Shown here piece by piece: positions 31,401 through 45,574 of a DNA stretch of 64,000 nucleotides (its first letter is position 1; every line of letters starts with the position of its first letter). The stretch comes from Eledone cirrhosa (taxonomy: Eukaryota), in contig OZ024755.1 of assembly GCA_964016885.1 (NCBI GenBank), forward strand, positions 37,200,001 through 37,264,000, read 5' to 3'. Both the position numbers and the translations under genes were made by a program. The notes under the pieces were generated by a model. That model saw only the letters and a list, made by a program, of their open reading frames with translations. It made no database searches and was not told the origin of the DNA.

Positions 31401-32030
31401 TATTGTTATACTTGGGGAGGGTCATATTTTTGTAATAATATTGCCAGAATTAATAACATAACACACTCACTGTTTGGTTGGTTTTCGCTTCTGTGTCTTT
31501 TATATCGGTACTCTAATTTAATTTATTCGATCCTCAATGTTGCCATTGACTGACCAACGGTAAAAAATACAGATACAATATAGACACAAACACATATATA
31601 TATATAGTCTCTCGAAGTTCTTTCGTTGCACATCTGCAACATCGTCAGTGTTGCTATTATGTTTCCTCCTGTTGCATTGTAAGACTAAATAAAGATGGCG
31701 TAAACATACAATGCAACGGGAGGGAACATAATAGCTACACTGACGATGTTGCAGATGTGCAATGAAAGAACTTTGATAGACTATATATATATGTGTTTAT
31801 GTCTATATTGTATCTGTATTTTTGACCGTTGGTTAGTCAATGGCAATATTGAGAACCGAATAAATTAAATTAACCAATATAAAAGACACAGAAGCGAAAA
31901 CCAACCAAACAGTGAGTGTGTTCTGTTATTAATTCTGGCAATATTACACAAATATGACCTCCCCAAGTATAACAATATTTGTTTCGACACACGATTTCAT
32001 ATCAAAAACCTCGCAAAACTAATTCATCGC
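31401..32030. mobile_element. Head-to-head inverted pair of the Naiad-associated pseudo-LTR (31401-31682 minus, 31693-32030 plus)
   Basis: Arms are reverse complements, both with CTGACGA..GAAA core, flanked by long (TA)n. Confidence 0.8.
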
Positions 32031-32050
32031 CGTTATATATACATATATTT

Positions 32051-32127
<77 letters not shown>

Positions 32128-32132
32128 TATTA

Positions 32133-32171
<39 letters not shown>

Positions 32172-32176
32172 TATTA

Positions 32177-32279
<103 letters not shown>

Positions 32280-32318
32280 TATATACTTATATACATATAT
32301 ATATATATATATATACTA

Positions 32319-32351
<33 letters not shown>

Positions 32352-32354
32352 CTA

Positions 32355-32387
<33 letters not shown>

Positions 32388-32671
32388 AATATACATATAT
32401 ATATATATATACTAATATACATATATATATATATACTAATATACATATATATATATATATATATACTAATATACATATATATATATACTAATATACATAT
32501 ATATATATATATACTAATATACATATATATATATATATATACTAATATATATATATATATATGTACTAATATACATATATATATATATATATATATAGGA
32601 AAGGAGTCAGGACCCTGACGGCTGAGCTCCTGCCGTTTCGACAGCTGCGTCCAGACCTAGCTGTCGAAACG

Positions 32672-32860
32672 GTGGGTTGGCAGTATCGGTAGAGAGTCGG
32701 ATGCCATGCTTTGACTCATAGAGTTACGGCCCTTGCCATTCTGAGTTCAAATCCGGCCGTGGTTAACTTTGCCTTTCATCCTTACGGGGGTCGATAAAAT
32801 AAAGTACCAGTGATGCACTGGGATAATTGCTGGCCTTGTGCCAAAAGTAGAAACAATTAT
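32672..32860 (+). mobile_element. SINE family A, abutting a partial fold-back element (32597-32672)
   Basis: Consensus match. Confidence 0.85.
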
Positions 32861-32914
32861 ATATACTAGCGGAAAAATCGACACCAAAATAATATCAGAA
32901 CTTTTTTTTGTGAA

Positions 32915-33090
32915 GTTGCGTGGCTTAGTAGTTACAGTGTGTGGTTGGCAATCTTGAGGCTACGGGTCCAATTCACAGACTTGGCGCTTCATTACGTCCT
33001 TCAGCAAGACATTTCGCTTCGCATTGCGAGTGGTAGATAGTATCAGCAATGGAAGGAGCAAAGAAAACATTGTTTCATTGGTCCGATTGG
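32915..33090 (+). mobile_element. SINE family B, diverged
   Basis: GCGTGGCTTAGTAGTTA head, GTCCTTCAGCAAGACATTT body, TTGTTTCATTGGTCCGATT tail. Confidence 0.6.
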
Positions 33091-34361
33091 GAGAGATCTA
33101 CTTTGCTCCTTATGTTTCATTGGAATTAATTTGGAAGTGAAATCTTATGAATTATTTCGATTCCGAACTGGATTATCCATATCCAGTTCCATTTCTCGAC
33201 GAATTATTTTATTTATTAGACGCCAATTATCAGATTTATAGGGAAAATTTGGAAGGAATATACATTTCTTAGATTCGTTCCCTTGACAGATGTAGTATTG
33301 TGGTTATCGATACGAACTGAATAAAATCAGTAAAGGAAAGTATGTTACAAACCTGACACAACTGTATATCCTCCATGATATTTCAGCAGCCATGTTCGTT
33401 CTCAAACGTGATAAATTATATCGCCAGATAAATGTTGCTTCAAGAAGTCCGCTAAAAGAAACAGTTCAATTCGGCACGTTTATCTCCATCTCAATTTTTG
33501 AGAGAAGGGAGATGGCTAGAACTCCCAGGTCATCAGATTTGTCCACCGCCATTGGTCCATCAATAAACCTATTGGAAGTTGGTTGGTGTTTTGACAACTT
33601 GAGATTTTCTGCCTGCCGTGCAGCAAGCCAGAATCTAATGCTGATTTCACGAGGTTGCTGTTAAACTTTCTGTATTTAGTTAGGTTCAGTGTGTACTTCC
33701 GGGTCAATAAATAAAGTTCTAGATGCCCACGGTAAAATGGTGAGATGCCTTTGATATTAGATCTGTCTCTGTACATTTTGTGTTTAAATACCACGTCTTT
33801 CTGTCAAGAGGTGCGACTGCCAGAAAGTGCCAGCAATGAAGTGAATAATGGAAGCATTGTTTCCTTGATCCAATCGGCTCCTTTAACAGATGTAATATTT
33901 GATCTGTAGTGTACAATTTACGTCTGTTGAACATTGGAATGAAGTCATCTTATAAATTGGCCACTCATGGAACACAATATAAAACTGCAGCGTTAGAGTG
34001 AGAAATAGAAGTAGGCTTCAATTTGTTTGGCATTATACATTATCTAATTTGACATTGACACCTTCACTAGCTTCTTCCATTTCTATAATGTATCTAAAGA
34101 AATTACTGAAACGCATTTCGCTACTTTTGTTTATCTTTTCAGTTAGATAAATCACCTACTTTATTATCTGTATATGGAGGTACGGTTTAGGCGAAAACAT
34201 TGTTACACATGCATAGCGAAAGTTTTACACTTATATATATATATATATATATATGAAACATTAGGGACCCCGACGGCTGAGCTCCTGCCGTTTCAACAGC
34301 TAGATCCGAACTCTACTACCCCAAGTATCTGCTGAATAATGGTGGTAACTGGTTTTTACCG

Positions 34362-34452
<91 letters not shown>

Positions 34453-34456
<4 letters not shown>

Positions 34457-34662
34457 GGTAAACAGAAATAACAACACAATCGGTACAGTATATGGAAGGA
34501 ATATATTAGGTTAACGCTTGAAATAGCAGGAAAGCGGTCTTAATGTTTCAGACGCTAGTCCTTCATCAGAAGAAAGAATGAGAAATAAGATATATTGAAA
34601 GGACGGGTAGAGTGGAATTGGAAAAAATGCCTTTAAATAAAAATAACAGGTCCATTCATGTT
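34453..34662 (-). mobile_element. Dispersed repeat (second copy 44748-44957) with minimal HHR at 34538-34573
   Basis: Minus strand tctt-CTGATGA-aggac tagc gtct-GAAACATT-aaga. Both copies abut (GT)n. Confidence 0.7.
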
Positions 34663-34758
34663 ATATATAAATATGGATCGAGGGGAGGGGAGGCTGTGTG
34701 CTTACTGAGAATATATATAATTTTTTTATAAAATGACAAGAATATATTCTTTAGCATT

Positions 34759-35124
34759 TTAATTCCGTGAAATCACTATACATATTTCCATCATCCAAAT
34801 ATGATGCAAGGCAGGACGATCTCATCAGGTAACTTCAACAGAATTACATAACAGGGTTACATTGAACACAAACTTATGGAAGGTAGGGAAAAAAGAATAG
34901 GAAATTTAATAATGCAAATTCGACCCGGGGACTGCCTGTAACAAAACTATTGTAGTGTGAATCTCTTATTCTTTGTTCTATATCTTCCATAAGTTTGTGT
35001 TCAACGTAACCCTGTTATGTAATTCTGTCGAAGTTACCTGATGAGGTCGTCCTGTCTATCATCATATTTGGATTTTTGAGAGCTGGACCATTAAAATATG
35101 TTTAGTGATTTGACGGAATTAAAA
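34759..35124. repeat. Diverged inverted repeat (34759-34882 / 34985-35124), each arm with CTGATGA HHR-like core
   Basis: Arms are reverse-complementary. Left arm minus strand ends GAAAtatgTA. Confidence 0.65.
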
Positions 35125-35448
35125 TTTTAAATTATATCTTCCGGTCCGGCCTTATGTCGTTGTTTTATAAATACTTTACTCCGTTCCTGTTCCAGCCACT
35201 GGATACCACATCTACGATAGATGACTTACATAACGTTGAGTGGTTTGATTGGTTTGTTACATCAGCATTTGCCTACTAGAACCACCAGTTCTACCCTTAG
35301 GTACTCAAAATAACTAAAATAGTATATATATATGCCACCAATGCTTTGAGAAAACAATACCAAACTTCACCACTGAGCATATAAGAAATCGAAATAACAG
35401 AAGTAAGCTTTATTCCATCGTTATGTTTTTCTGTTTTTTTCTATTCAC

Positions 35449-35517
35449 ATTCTAGCTGTCTGATGAGGTCATAACTATTGCATAATGGTTATCATCGAAA
35501 TATATACAATAGCGAAT
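35449..35517 (+). ncRNA. Hammerhead-like motif
   Basis: tgt-CTGATGA(35460)-ggtc ataactatt gcat aatggttat catc-GAA ATATAT A-ca. Good stem II, palindromic stem III, weak stem I. Confidence 0.55.
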
Positions 35518-35566
35518 AAACGAAGTTAATTTTAACCTGTTAGCTTACACTGCTTGTTTTATACAG

Positions 35567-35597
<31 letters not shown>

Positions 35598-35811
35598 CGA
35601 AAAGTATCAGGACCCGACGGCTGAGCTCCAGCCGTTTCGACAGCTAGATCTGAACTAAGCTAGCAGTATTCGGAGCTCAACCGTCAGGGTCCTGACTCTT
35701 TTTCTATTACCCACTCTACTACTCTAAGTATCGAGTACTTTGGTGTGTTATGGTCCAACTGGTATCTTACCACACCTTCTTTGTTTTATATATACACTCA
35801 CCCCCCCCCCC

Positions 35812-35852
<41 letters not shown>

Positions 35853-35889
35853 TATATTAATAAATGGAAACTATTTATAAAACCATATT

Positions 35890-35956
35890 TATTTTATTAT
35901 ACATATTTCAAGGGCCACCAAGGCAAATTATGGTGCGCTTTCATCAGATAAAATAC
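35890..35956 (-). ncRNA. Hammerhead-like motif in a dispersed repeat (related palindromic copy at 45575-45915)
   Basis: Minus strand tattttat-CTGATGA-aag cgcacca...tggtggc cctt-GAAAtatgTA-taataaaata. Confidence 0.6.
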
Positions 35957-37046
35957 AGATTTGTTTTATAAATAAATATTGACATACCCGGAAAAAAAAG
36001 ACAACCTTAACGGTTGGAGCTTCCTGGAAGCTATCCAGTTTGGCCACTTCTTGGAGTTTTGACCCACCAGAGGTCCTCAAGGTGGGTGCTACCACCCTTT
36101 GGGGGGTGTTGTGAAGGTCCAGGAGGCGCTGCGGCCCAATGGGGTGGTGGAGAACGTAGAGATGATATAATATTATATAAAATATCAAATGATACGTATC
36201 ATACAGTAAAATAAAAAAATATATAATATTTATTTATACATAGTATATATTATATTATTGATTATATATAAATTAACGATTTTATTTATTATAAATTATT
36301 TACAATTTGTGTGTAGGCAAGTCTCTCTGGAAATAGGGTTTGTGAGGGTATTACGTGGCCGTGAGGGGGGTGGCCCAAACTGTTTAGGAACCTCTGTTCT
36401 AGAGTGTAATGGATACATTCTTATATTATTAAAGTTTACTAAAAACTTATGCTTACGTGAACAACATAATTGAAGTTGGAAAGGAGATTTTGATGACGAG
36501 AATTTATAAAAATGTTTTCAATGCTGCCCAATCATTCGCAATGAATATTGATATGAACAGATCAAAATATACTCAGAGACGATACAATATTTTCGCCATG
36601 AAATAGAGGACCGAATTCTATGTCCAGCTCCAACCAAACAATTCATTACTTTCTATTAATGCCAGATTTACCATTGTGCTTAGGTGTACTTACAAACACG
36701 GCCCCGTTGGCTAGGTGGGCCCATCTTCATGCCAAAACAATTTTTTACGATGACATTGTCCAATGTTTTTCAAATGTCAAACCAAGTAAGGGACCTCATA
36801 ACTTAACTAGCACAGGACCTTATTTGTCCTAAACTTGGCACTGCTCTCTACACCCAATCCCAAGTTATTACGTGAACTTGAATGGAATAAGTTTATTGCT
36901 TGATATGCAAAAAGGATTCTAATTGCGCCGATATAATTCAAACACAAACTAATAATCGGGAAAGTGTCTCAAATTTGGAGTTAATAGAAGAATCTTTTGA
37001 AGCTATCATATAATTAAAACAAATAAACTAAAACATGTCTATTATT

Positions 37047-37203
37047 ATGGATTGGCAGTATCGGTAGAGGGTTGGACGCGATGATTTGCAGCAAAGAGTT
37101 AGGCCCCTTTATGGTCTGAGTTCAAATCCCGCCGAGATTAACTTTGCTTATCATCCTTATACTGGATAATTGCTGGCCTTGTGCCAAAAGTAGAAACAAT
37201 TAT
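37047..37203 (+). mobile_element. SINE family A with internal deletion
   Basis: Consensus match. Confidence 0.8.
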
Positions 37204-38141
37204 TATATGTTTTTGATTGGCCTACAGTTAAAAATATAAATATAAATATAGTATCTCAGCATGATCCTCCTCAAATATAACAATATCTGTTTCAACACAA
37301 GATTTCATGTCAAAAACCTTGCAAAACAAATTCATCACCGAAGATAGACCGAGATAATGGAATCTAAAAATAAATATGAAAACACTAAGTCAACGTCGAC
37401 AAACGTTGCAGGAGAACAATACAATGTAACGATAGTATTTTAGTGTAATGCTTAACGTATTTGTAAAAAAGACTTAACGATTCTGACATTAGTCATTTAC
37501 CGCAAGATGGAAATATCTTCGGCCGAGTTTACACAAGAAAAGATTCAGCACACTTTCTCCAATCGTCCCGGTAGAGCATGACATTTCTCAGTTCATCGAT
37601 TATATCAATGTTGGGATCTCTCAGCAGGGTATCAATGAATGAGACGGCCTGTCTTCCCACGCTTCTTTATCCGACTGCCGGTTTCCAGAGCACAAGTTGT
37701 GATGCTATCTCTTCTGGATGACAGATGCAGTGTCCAGCCAGTTTCATTCGTCTCCACGCAACTTTTTTTTGCGATTGGAAAGAGAGACAGGAACAAGTTT
37801 AGGGGAGAGATGAAAAAAGGAAAGAGAGAGACCAGAGTAATAAAGAAAACGTGTAACACGGTGTTGAGATGAGCACGCGTGGCTGTTCATCAGCCACCTT
37901 CAAGTGTGCGTTTGTGTGCCTCTGTGTGTGTGTGTTTGTGAACGTGTGTGCCTGTGTGTGTGTAAGTGTCTGTGTATTTGTCAACGTGTGTGTGTGTGAG
38001 CGTGTGTCTGCTCTAAACCTATGATATAAATATCCTTCAAACAGTTCCAGCTTAAATATAACCGAAGACGGTGTATATATTCCCATTAGATATAAACATC
38101 CATGCATATATATACATAGCTACATATATCTACGCGTATAC

Positions 38142-38338
<197 letters not shown>

Positions 38339-38340
38339 TA

Positions 38341-38374
<34 letters not shown>

Positions 38375-38411
38375 TATAAATATAAATATATATAAATATA
38401 TATATATAAAT

Positions 38412-38510
<99 letters not shown>

Positions 38511-38594
38511 AATAAATATATATATATAAATATAAATATATATATATATTGTTATACTTTGGGAGGGTCATGTTGCCAATAAATATAAATATAT

Positions 38595-38627
<33 letters not shown>

Positions 38628-38632
38628 TAAAT

Positions 38633-38681
<49 letters not shown>

Positions 38682-38713
38682 AATATATATATATATAAAT
38701 ATATATATATATA

Positions 38714-38769
<56 letters not shown>

Positions 38770-38780
38770 AATATAAATAT

Positions 38781-38875
<95 letters not shown>

Positions 38876-38907
38876 TAAATATAAATATATATAAATATAT
38901 ATATATA

Positions 38908-38939
<32 letters not shown>

Positions 38940-38998
38940 AATATAAATATATATATATATAAATATATATATATAACAGTATATAACAATATATTTAT

Positions 38999-39062
<64 letters not shown>

Positions 39063-39129
39063 CATGTATATTATATATATAACATGTATATTATATAAAT
39101 ATAATATATGTATATGTATGTATGTATAG

Positions 39130-39167
<38 letters not shown>

Positions 39168-39204
39168 GGTGAGAGATAGATAGATAGATAGATAGATAGA
39201 TATA

Positions 39205-40406
39205 TTTCTTTATTAGCCACAGGGGCACAAAAGAAGGGGACAAATACAAAGGGGGAAGTTTACATACAATAAAAACGTGTAAAATGTTATCACAGATGGA
39301 ATTTAAAAGTTAGTCGATTTTCCCCAATAGAGGGAGACAGTTTATATGGGTAACACATACCCCCGAAAAAAAATGTGCAACCCTCATCTCCAGGAGTACG
39401 AAGAGCTTGTACTCCTTTCCTCTCCTCCTCCTTTTCCTCAACCTACAGGCTGATATAGAGAGAAGGCCCATTCACTCGGGCCATTCTCGCCACTTTCACC
39501 CACCTTTTATAAAACTTGCTGGGGTACAGCACCTCTCTCTCCATCCTGATTCTTCTTCCAAAGTGGTATTTGAAAAAAAGAATCAGTTGTTGGCCGGAGA
39601 GAAAGGTGTCTGACCTCAGCCCTTTCAACCTTGTCCACCATACAACCTCTTTCGCCATAGCTATCACACAAAGGAAAACCGCCTCTCCTTCGTTTTTGAA
39701 GGAGGGTGGCGGTTTGATCATGACAATGGACTCGGTGGTCAACTGGATTGGTCCCACCCGCGACAATAGTCGTTCTACATAGCCCCACAGGTCAGTGACG
39801 CCCGGGCAGTGTATGAATGCGTGCGCGACGGTTTCTTCGTCTCGCACGCACCTCGGACAGATCTTTTTTGCAGGGTCCCTGCCCGGGCGCCCATGTCTGT
39901 AGAGCTTGTCTCGAACTGGTAGAGCTCCTCGGTAGCACTACCAGGCCAGGGACTTTTGGAAGTTGTCCATCGGTCCCGGGCGGAAGGTCCTACCGAACAG
40001 ACTGGCCAGTTCATCTTCCTCTACGCCCAGAGTTTCACCGAGCGCGTCGTCGCACTTGCTGCGGACCAACCCTCTATAGAATGACGAAGTGGAGTCTCCA
40101 CTGACCGCCGGGTCCGCCTGCCAGAGGGCTGTGAGCGCCTGAGCACATTCGATGTGCCAGTCGCCCATTTTCCTCGGTCTCTGCTTGACCCAGGACTGCA
40201 GCTCGGTCAGCGAGACGAGTCGTGGGAAGGCTCGCCTCACGAACGGGGCCCACACCGGTTGTCCGGTGAGGAATACGTAGAGATGCCGCAGCCTGAGCGC
40301 GTGTTTGCGCATCGTCAACCACGGCATCCCCAGCCCTCCGTTAGAAGGGTGTTGGCAGCAGATGGATCTTCTCACCAAAGGAGCCCGCCTCTTCCAAAGG
40401 AATCGG

Positions 40407-40410
<4 letters not shown>
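39205..40410 (-). pseudogene. L1/Tx1-clade LINE 3' fragment (post-RT region, CCHC zinc knuckle, 3' UTR with AATAAA) inserted in (GATA)n
   Basis: FRFLWKRR..VRRSICCQHPSNGGLGMP, CPRCVRDEETVAHAFIHCP, VWWTR. (TAGA)n on both flanks. Confidence 0.82.
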
Positions 40411-40451
<41 letters not shown>

Positions 40452-40879
40452 GGATAGATAGATAGATATTTATGACATTAGAAAATAAATCATATAGACA
40501 CAAATCTGATAGGGAGTTTTATGTTTAGCACACGAATGAAATATGAAAAACGATATAGAAATTGAGGTCATGACCTTGGCTTAAATCCCAACTAAAATTC
40601 CTGAAATATAATTTAAATCTATAAAACAACATTACGGATATACTAGATCTTATGATAGAGAAAATAGGATATGTATTGGAATAAATGAAGAACAGGCCAG
40701 TTCAGATACGGAGAGCCGAAATATAATTAATAACCTGAGAAATCTATATGTCTGAGGTTAAATATATTAATACAAGAGATTAGTATAAGGGGAAAATGGT
40801 AGAGTTGATAAAATCTTTCGCTGCATTCATTCTGCCGCTCGCAACATTCTAAGTTCAAATTCGGTTGTGACCAACGCCG

Positions 40880-40923
<44 letters not shown>

Positions 40924-40924
40924 A

Positions 40925-41250
40925 TAAACGTTTGGAGTTGTAAGTATGGATATAGAATATAAATGCAAATGCAAAAGATATTGTTGACAATTAGTCTTTT
41001 ACCTTAAATTTATTTAAATATCCTTACTTTTCGAGATAATATCTCTTCTTCGGAAGGAAGTAAAGGGGTTAATCCAGTATTAACCCCTTTACTTCCCTCC
41101 GAAGAAGAGATATTATCTCGAAAATTAAGGATGTTTAAATAAATTTAAGGTAAAAGACTAATTGTCAACAATATCTTTTGCATTTGCATTTATATTCTAT
41201 ATCATAATCCATACTTGCATTGTATTGGCCTTACAACTCCAAACGTTTAT
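40925..41250. repeat. Long near-perfect palindrome centred ~41075 with HHR-like motif (CCGAAGA-agaga tatta tctc-GAAAATTAagg)
   Basis: Arms reverse-complementary by inspection. Core has C in place of U4. Confidence 0.7.
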
Positions 41251-41287
41251 ACGTCATTACACAATGCTTCAAGTAAGCTACAACTTC

Positions 41288-41382
<95 letters not shown>

Positions 41383-41786
41383 ACGTACGTATGTATGTAT
41401 GTTCTTCTGGTTTTATAATTTCACAATTGGAATTTACACAACATCAACTAGGTAGATATGTCTGCATGTCTGCATGCATGCATGTGTAGATATGGATGTT
41501 ATTGTATGTGTGGATGTGTATGTTTTGAGTTGTATGTGTGCATGTGCATATGCTTTGTATCTATACATGTGTATATGCAGTTATTAGATGCAGAATTTTT
41601 GGAATGTTTTACTTATTTTTACTGTTGCATTAATGGATTTCCTAACTTGTAATTTCCTAAATTAATGGATTTCCTAACATGTAATTTCCTAACTTGTGTT
41701 CTTTCTGTTCCGTGAAGCCTAGCTTCTCAAGATTTGTATTGAGGCAGTTACTAACATACCCCAGTGCCCCAATAACCACAGGCATA

Positions 41787-41908
<122 letters not shown>

Positions 41909-41955
41909 ATCTGTGAATGTGTATAAAATCAAAAGATGGTTAAAAGAGTTCCATG

Positions 41956-42026
41956 TATTTTATTATGCGCATTTCAAAAACAAATATCATCATGGGATGA
42001 TATTTGCGTCCTCATCAGATAAAATA
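41956..42026 (-). ncRNA. Type I hammerhead ribozyme
   Basis: Minus strand TATTTTAT-CTGATGA-ggacg caaatatcatc ccat gatgatatttg ttttt-GAA ATGCGCAT A-ATAAAATA. 8-bp stem I, long stem II, palindromic stem III. Confidence 0.85.
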
Positions 42027-42342
42027 TATTATTTATACTCCAGTCCTATAAACTGTTGAGTGCTACTTATCCGATATTTGCATTGCTTTATTGTGCTACA
42101 AGAAAACTCACCTCCTACATTATACATATATATATTTATATATATATATATATATTTATATATGTGTGTGTGCGTGTGTGTGTGTGTGTGTGTGTCTGTG
42201 TGTGCGTGTGTGTGTATTCCTATATGTCTGTGGTGGTTTGTGAGGAAGGGGTGTTCGTGTATGCCGTAGGATATCTGAGCATACTGTGTTTAGTTGCGTG
42301 TGTAAGCATTGGCAATGTTTAATTTGAAAAACATATTTTCCA

Positions 42343-42708
42343 GTGGATTGGTAGTATCGGTAGAGGGTTCGACACCATGCTTTGCAGCAAAGAGTTACGG
42401 CCTTTTACGCAATCCAATACAAAAACAAACCAAAACTAAACTCCTCCCCTTAATTTTTCACGGTTTCCATTTGTTGTCTATTACAATTATTGTCAGTATC
42501 AGTAGAGCCGCCGCGCAACATGCTTTGTGACATAGAGTTACGTCCCGTTTCGTTTTGAGTTCAAATCCCGCCGGGATTAACTTTGCATTTCATCCCTACG
42601 GCGTCAATAGACTAAAGTACCAGTCACGCACTGGGGTCGATTTAATCGACCCCCCCCCCCCAAAAAAAAAAAATTTGCTGGCCTTGTGCCTATATAAGAA
42701 ACCATTAT
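42343..42708 (+). mobile_element. SINE family A: 5' fragment (42343-42410) and near-complete copy (42493-42708)
   Basis: Consensus match. Confidence 0.8.
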
Positions 42709-43070
42709 AATATGCAAACATAATATTTTTTCATCTTATTCCAGGTTTTCGTTCTCACTCAATCTAAATATAAAATATAGATCATAATATGTTAACTTAA
42801 TCTAAATATTTAGATAATCTTCTACAGTTTAGATTAATCTCCATCCTTTCTCACAGCCGTTACAAAGACATACATTTCTATGTTTATACAGAATTACTAT
42901 ATGTTATTCACACGATATCCTTATAATATATTCACAGACATGTTGGAGGGGTTTTATATATATATATATTTTTTTTTTCCGCTTTTTTGATAAATCTTTT
43001 CATTTATTTATTGGCGACCAATTGAACGTGACATAATATTTACTGTGATGCTGTACATGGAGCAAAGACG

Positions 43071-44500
43071 GAGATGGTACACATGGAACAAGCTGGTTGA
43101 AGAGATGCAACACGTGGGCGTGACAACGAGATGCTACATGTGGAAGTAACAAAGAGATGGTACACATGAAAGTAACAACCAGATGGTACACATGGAACAA
43201 GCTGGTTGAAGAGATGCAACACGTGGGCGTGACAACGAGATGCTACATGTGGAAGTAACAAAGAGATGGTACACATGAAAGTAACAACCAGATGGTACAC
43301 ATGGAACAAGCTGGTTGAAGACATGCAACACGTGGGCGTGACAACGAGATGCTACATGTGGAAGTAACAACGGCATGCTACATGTGGAAGTAAAAAGGAG
43401 ATGATACATGCTGAAGTAACAACCAGATGGTACACATGGAACAAGCTGATAGAAGACATGCAACACGTGGACGTGACAACGACATGCTACATGTGGAAGT
43501 AACAACGGCATTCTACATGTGGAAGTAACAAGGAGATGGTACACATGGAAGTAACAACCAGGTGGTACACATGGAACAAGCTGATAGAAGACAACAAGCT
43601 GATGGAAGTAACAACAGCAAGGTACATGTGGGAGTAATAATGACATGCTACGTGGGGAAGTAACAACGATATGCTACATGTGGAGGTAACAACAAGATGG
43701 TATAGACATGGAGGGAACAACAAGATGGTATAGACATGTAGGGAACAACGAGATGGTATAGACATGGAGGGAACAACGAGATGGTATAGACATGGAGGGA
43801 ACAACAAGATGGTATAGACATGGAGGGAACAACAAGATGGTATAGACATGGAGGGAACAACAAGATGGTATAGACATGGAGGGAACAACAAGATGGTATA
43901 GACATGGAGGGAACAACGAGATGGTATAGACATGGAGGGAACAACGAAATGGTATAGACATGGAGGGAACAACGAGATGGTATAGACATGGAGGGAACAA
44001 GGAGATGGCATAGACATGGAGGGGAAAACGAGATGGTATAGACATAGAGGGAACAACAAGATGGTATAGACATGGAGGGAACAACGAGATGGTATAGACA
44101 TGGAGGGAACAACAAGATGGTATATATATGGAGGGAACAACGAGATGGTATAGACATGGAGGGAACAACGAGATGGTATAGACATGGAGGGAGCAAGGAG
44201 ATGGTATAGACATGGAGGGAACAAGGAGATGGTATAGACATGGAAGGAACAACGAGATGGTATAGACATGGAGGGAATAAGGAGATGGCATAGACATGGA
44301 GGGAACAACAAGATGGTATAGACATGGAGGGAACAACGAGATGGTATAGACATGGAGGGAACAACGAGTTGGTATAGACATGGAGGAGAAAACGAGATGG
44401 TATAGTCATGGAGGGAACAACAAGATGGTATAGACATGGAGGGAACAACGAGATGGTATAGACATGGAGGGAACAACGAGATGGTATAGACATGGAGGGA
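43071..44500 (+). repeat. Minisatellite: ~109-bp higher-order units grading into ~29 copies of 28-bp GATGGTATAGACATGGAGGGAACAAC(A/G)A
   Basis: Period 109 at 43073/43182/43291. Period 28 from 43696. Confidence 0.92.
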
Positions 44501-44678
44501 AAAACATTGAATATGGGATCTGAAAATAATTGGTTTGTAGTTAAAAATCTGGAACAACTTCAATTCCAGGGAAGTTACAACTAGTTTCCTTTTTAGGTTT
44601 TACATGAGAAGGTCAAATGCAATGAAATTAAACCCATAACAACGTGATTGTGAAGCGAATTACTTAACTAACCTTGTT

Positions 44679-44750
<72 letters not shown>

Positions 44751-44832
44751 GGGTAAACAGATATAACGCCACAATCGTTACAGTATAAGGAAGGAATATA
44801 TTAGGTTAACGCTTGATATAGCAGGAAGAGGG

Positions 44833-44868
44833 TCTTAACGTTTCGGACGCCAGTCCTTCATCAGAAGA
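44833..44868 (-). ncRNA. Minimal type I hammerhead ribozyme (classic PLE form)
   Basis: Minus strand tctt-CTGATGA-aGGAC tggc GTCC-GAAACGTT-aaga. Confidence 0.8.
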
Positions 44869-45316
44869 AAGAATGAGAAATAAGATAGATTGAAGAGAGG
44901 GGCGGGATGAAATTAGAAAAAATGTCTTTAGACAAAAATAACAGGTCCATTCATGTTGACATCTCATATATGTATAAATACAGAGTGTGTAACCATGAAT
45001 GCAACTATGTGTATAAACATATACTTATACCTACTTTGTAAGCATGTAGAGATGCCAGAGTTTCCTCTGTAAATTGGAAGAACATTTGATCAATTTTCGG
45101 ATCTAATAGGACCCTCATCAGAGGGCGTGTATATTATCCAATCAAGCACAAGGAAACATGTATTTGATATGTGTATATACTTAGTCGGCCTCAGTATTAT
45201 TCTGAAATGGACGTGCAAATTTGCATATAATTACCGCTCATGTTAGCAATATATATATATATAGTAATAATAATAATTTGCTTAAATATTGATGTTGTAG
45301 ACGCTCTTGTGTTCTT

Positions 45317-45392
<76 letters not shown>

Positions 45393-45574
45393 TTGCTTAA
45401 ATATATATATATATATAGTAATAATAATAATTTGCTTAAACTTTAATCTGTTATTTTAATAAATAAATATATATATATATATATATATGTAGAAGTTATA
45501 TTTAATTTGTTGGAATTCCGACAAACATAATGGTTTATAACTGATATAGAGCACTCAATAGATTATTATTTCAA

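Noticed and set aside
43000-44563. ORFs up to 358 aa with 28-aa repeats
   Set aside because: Open in all three minus frames because the 28-bp unit lacks stops. Minisatellite artefact.
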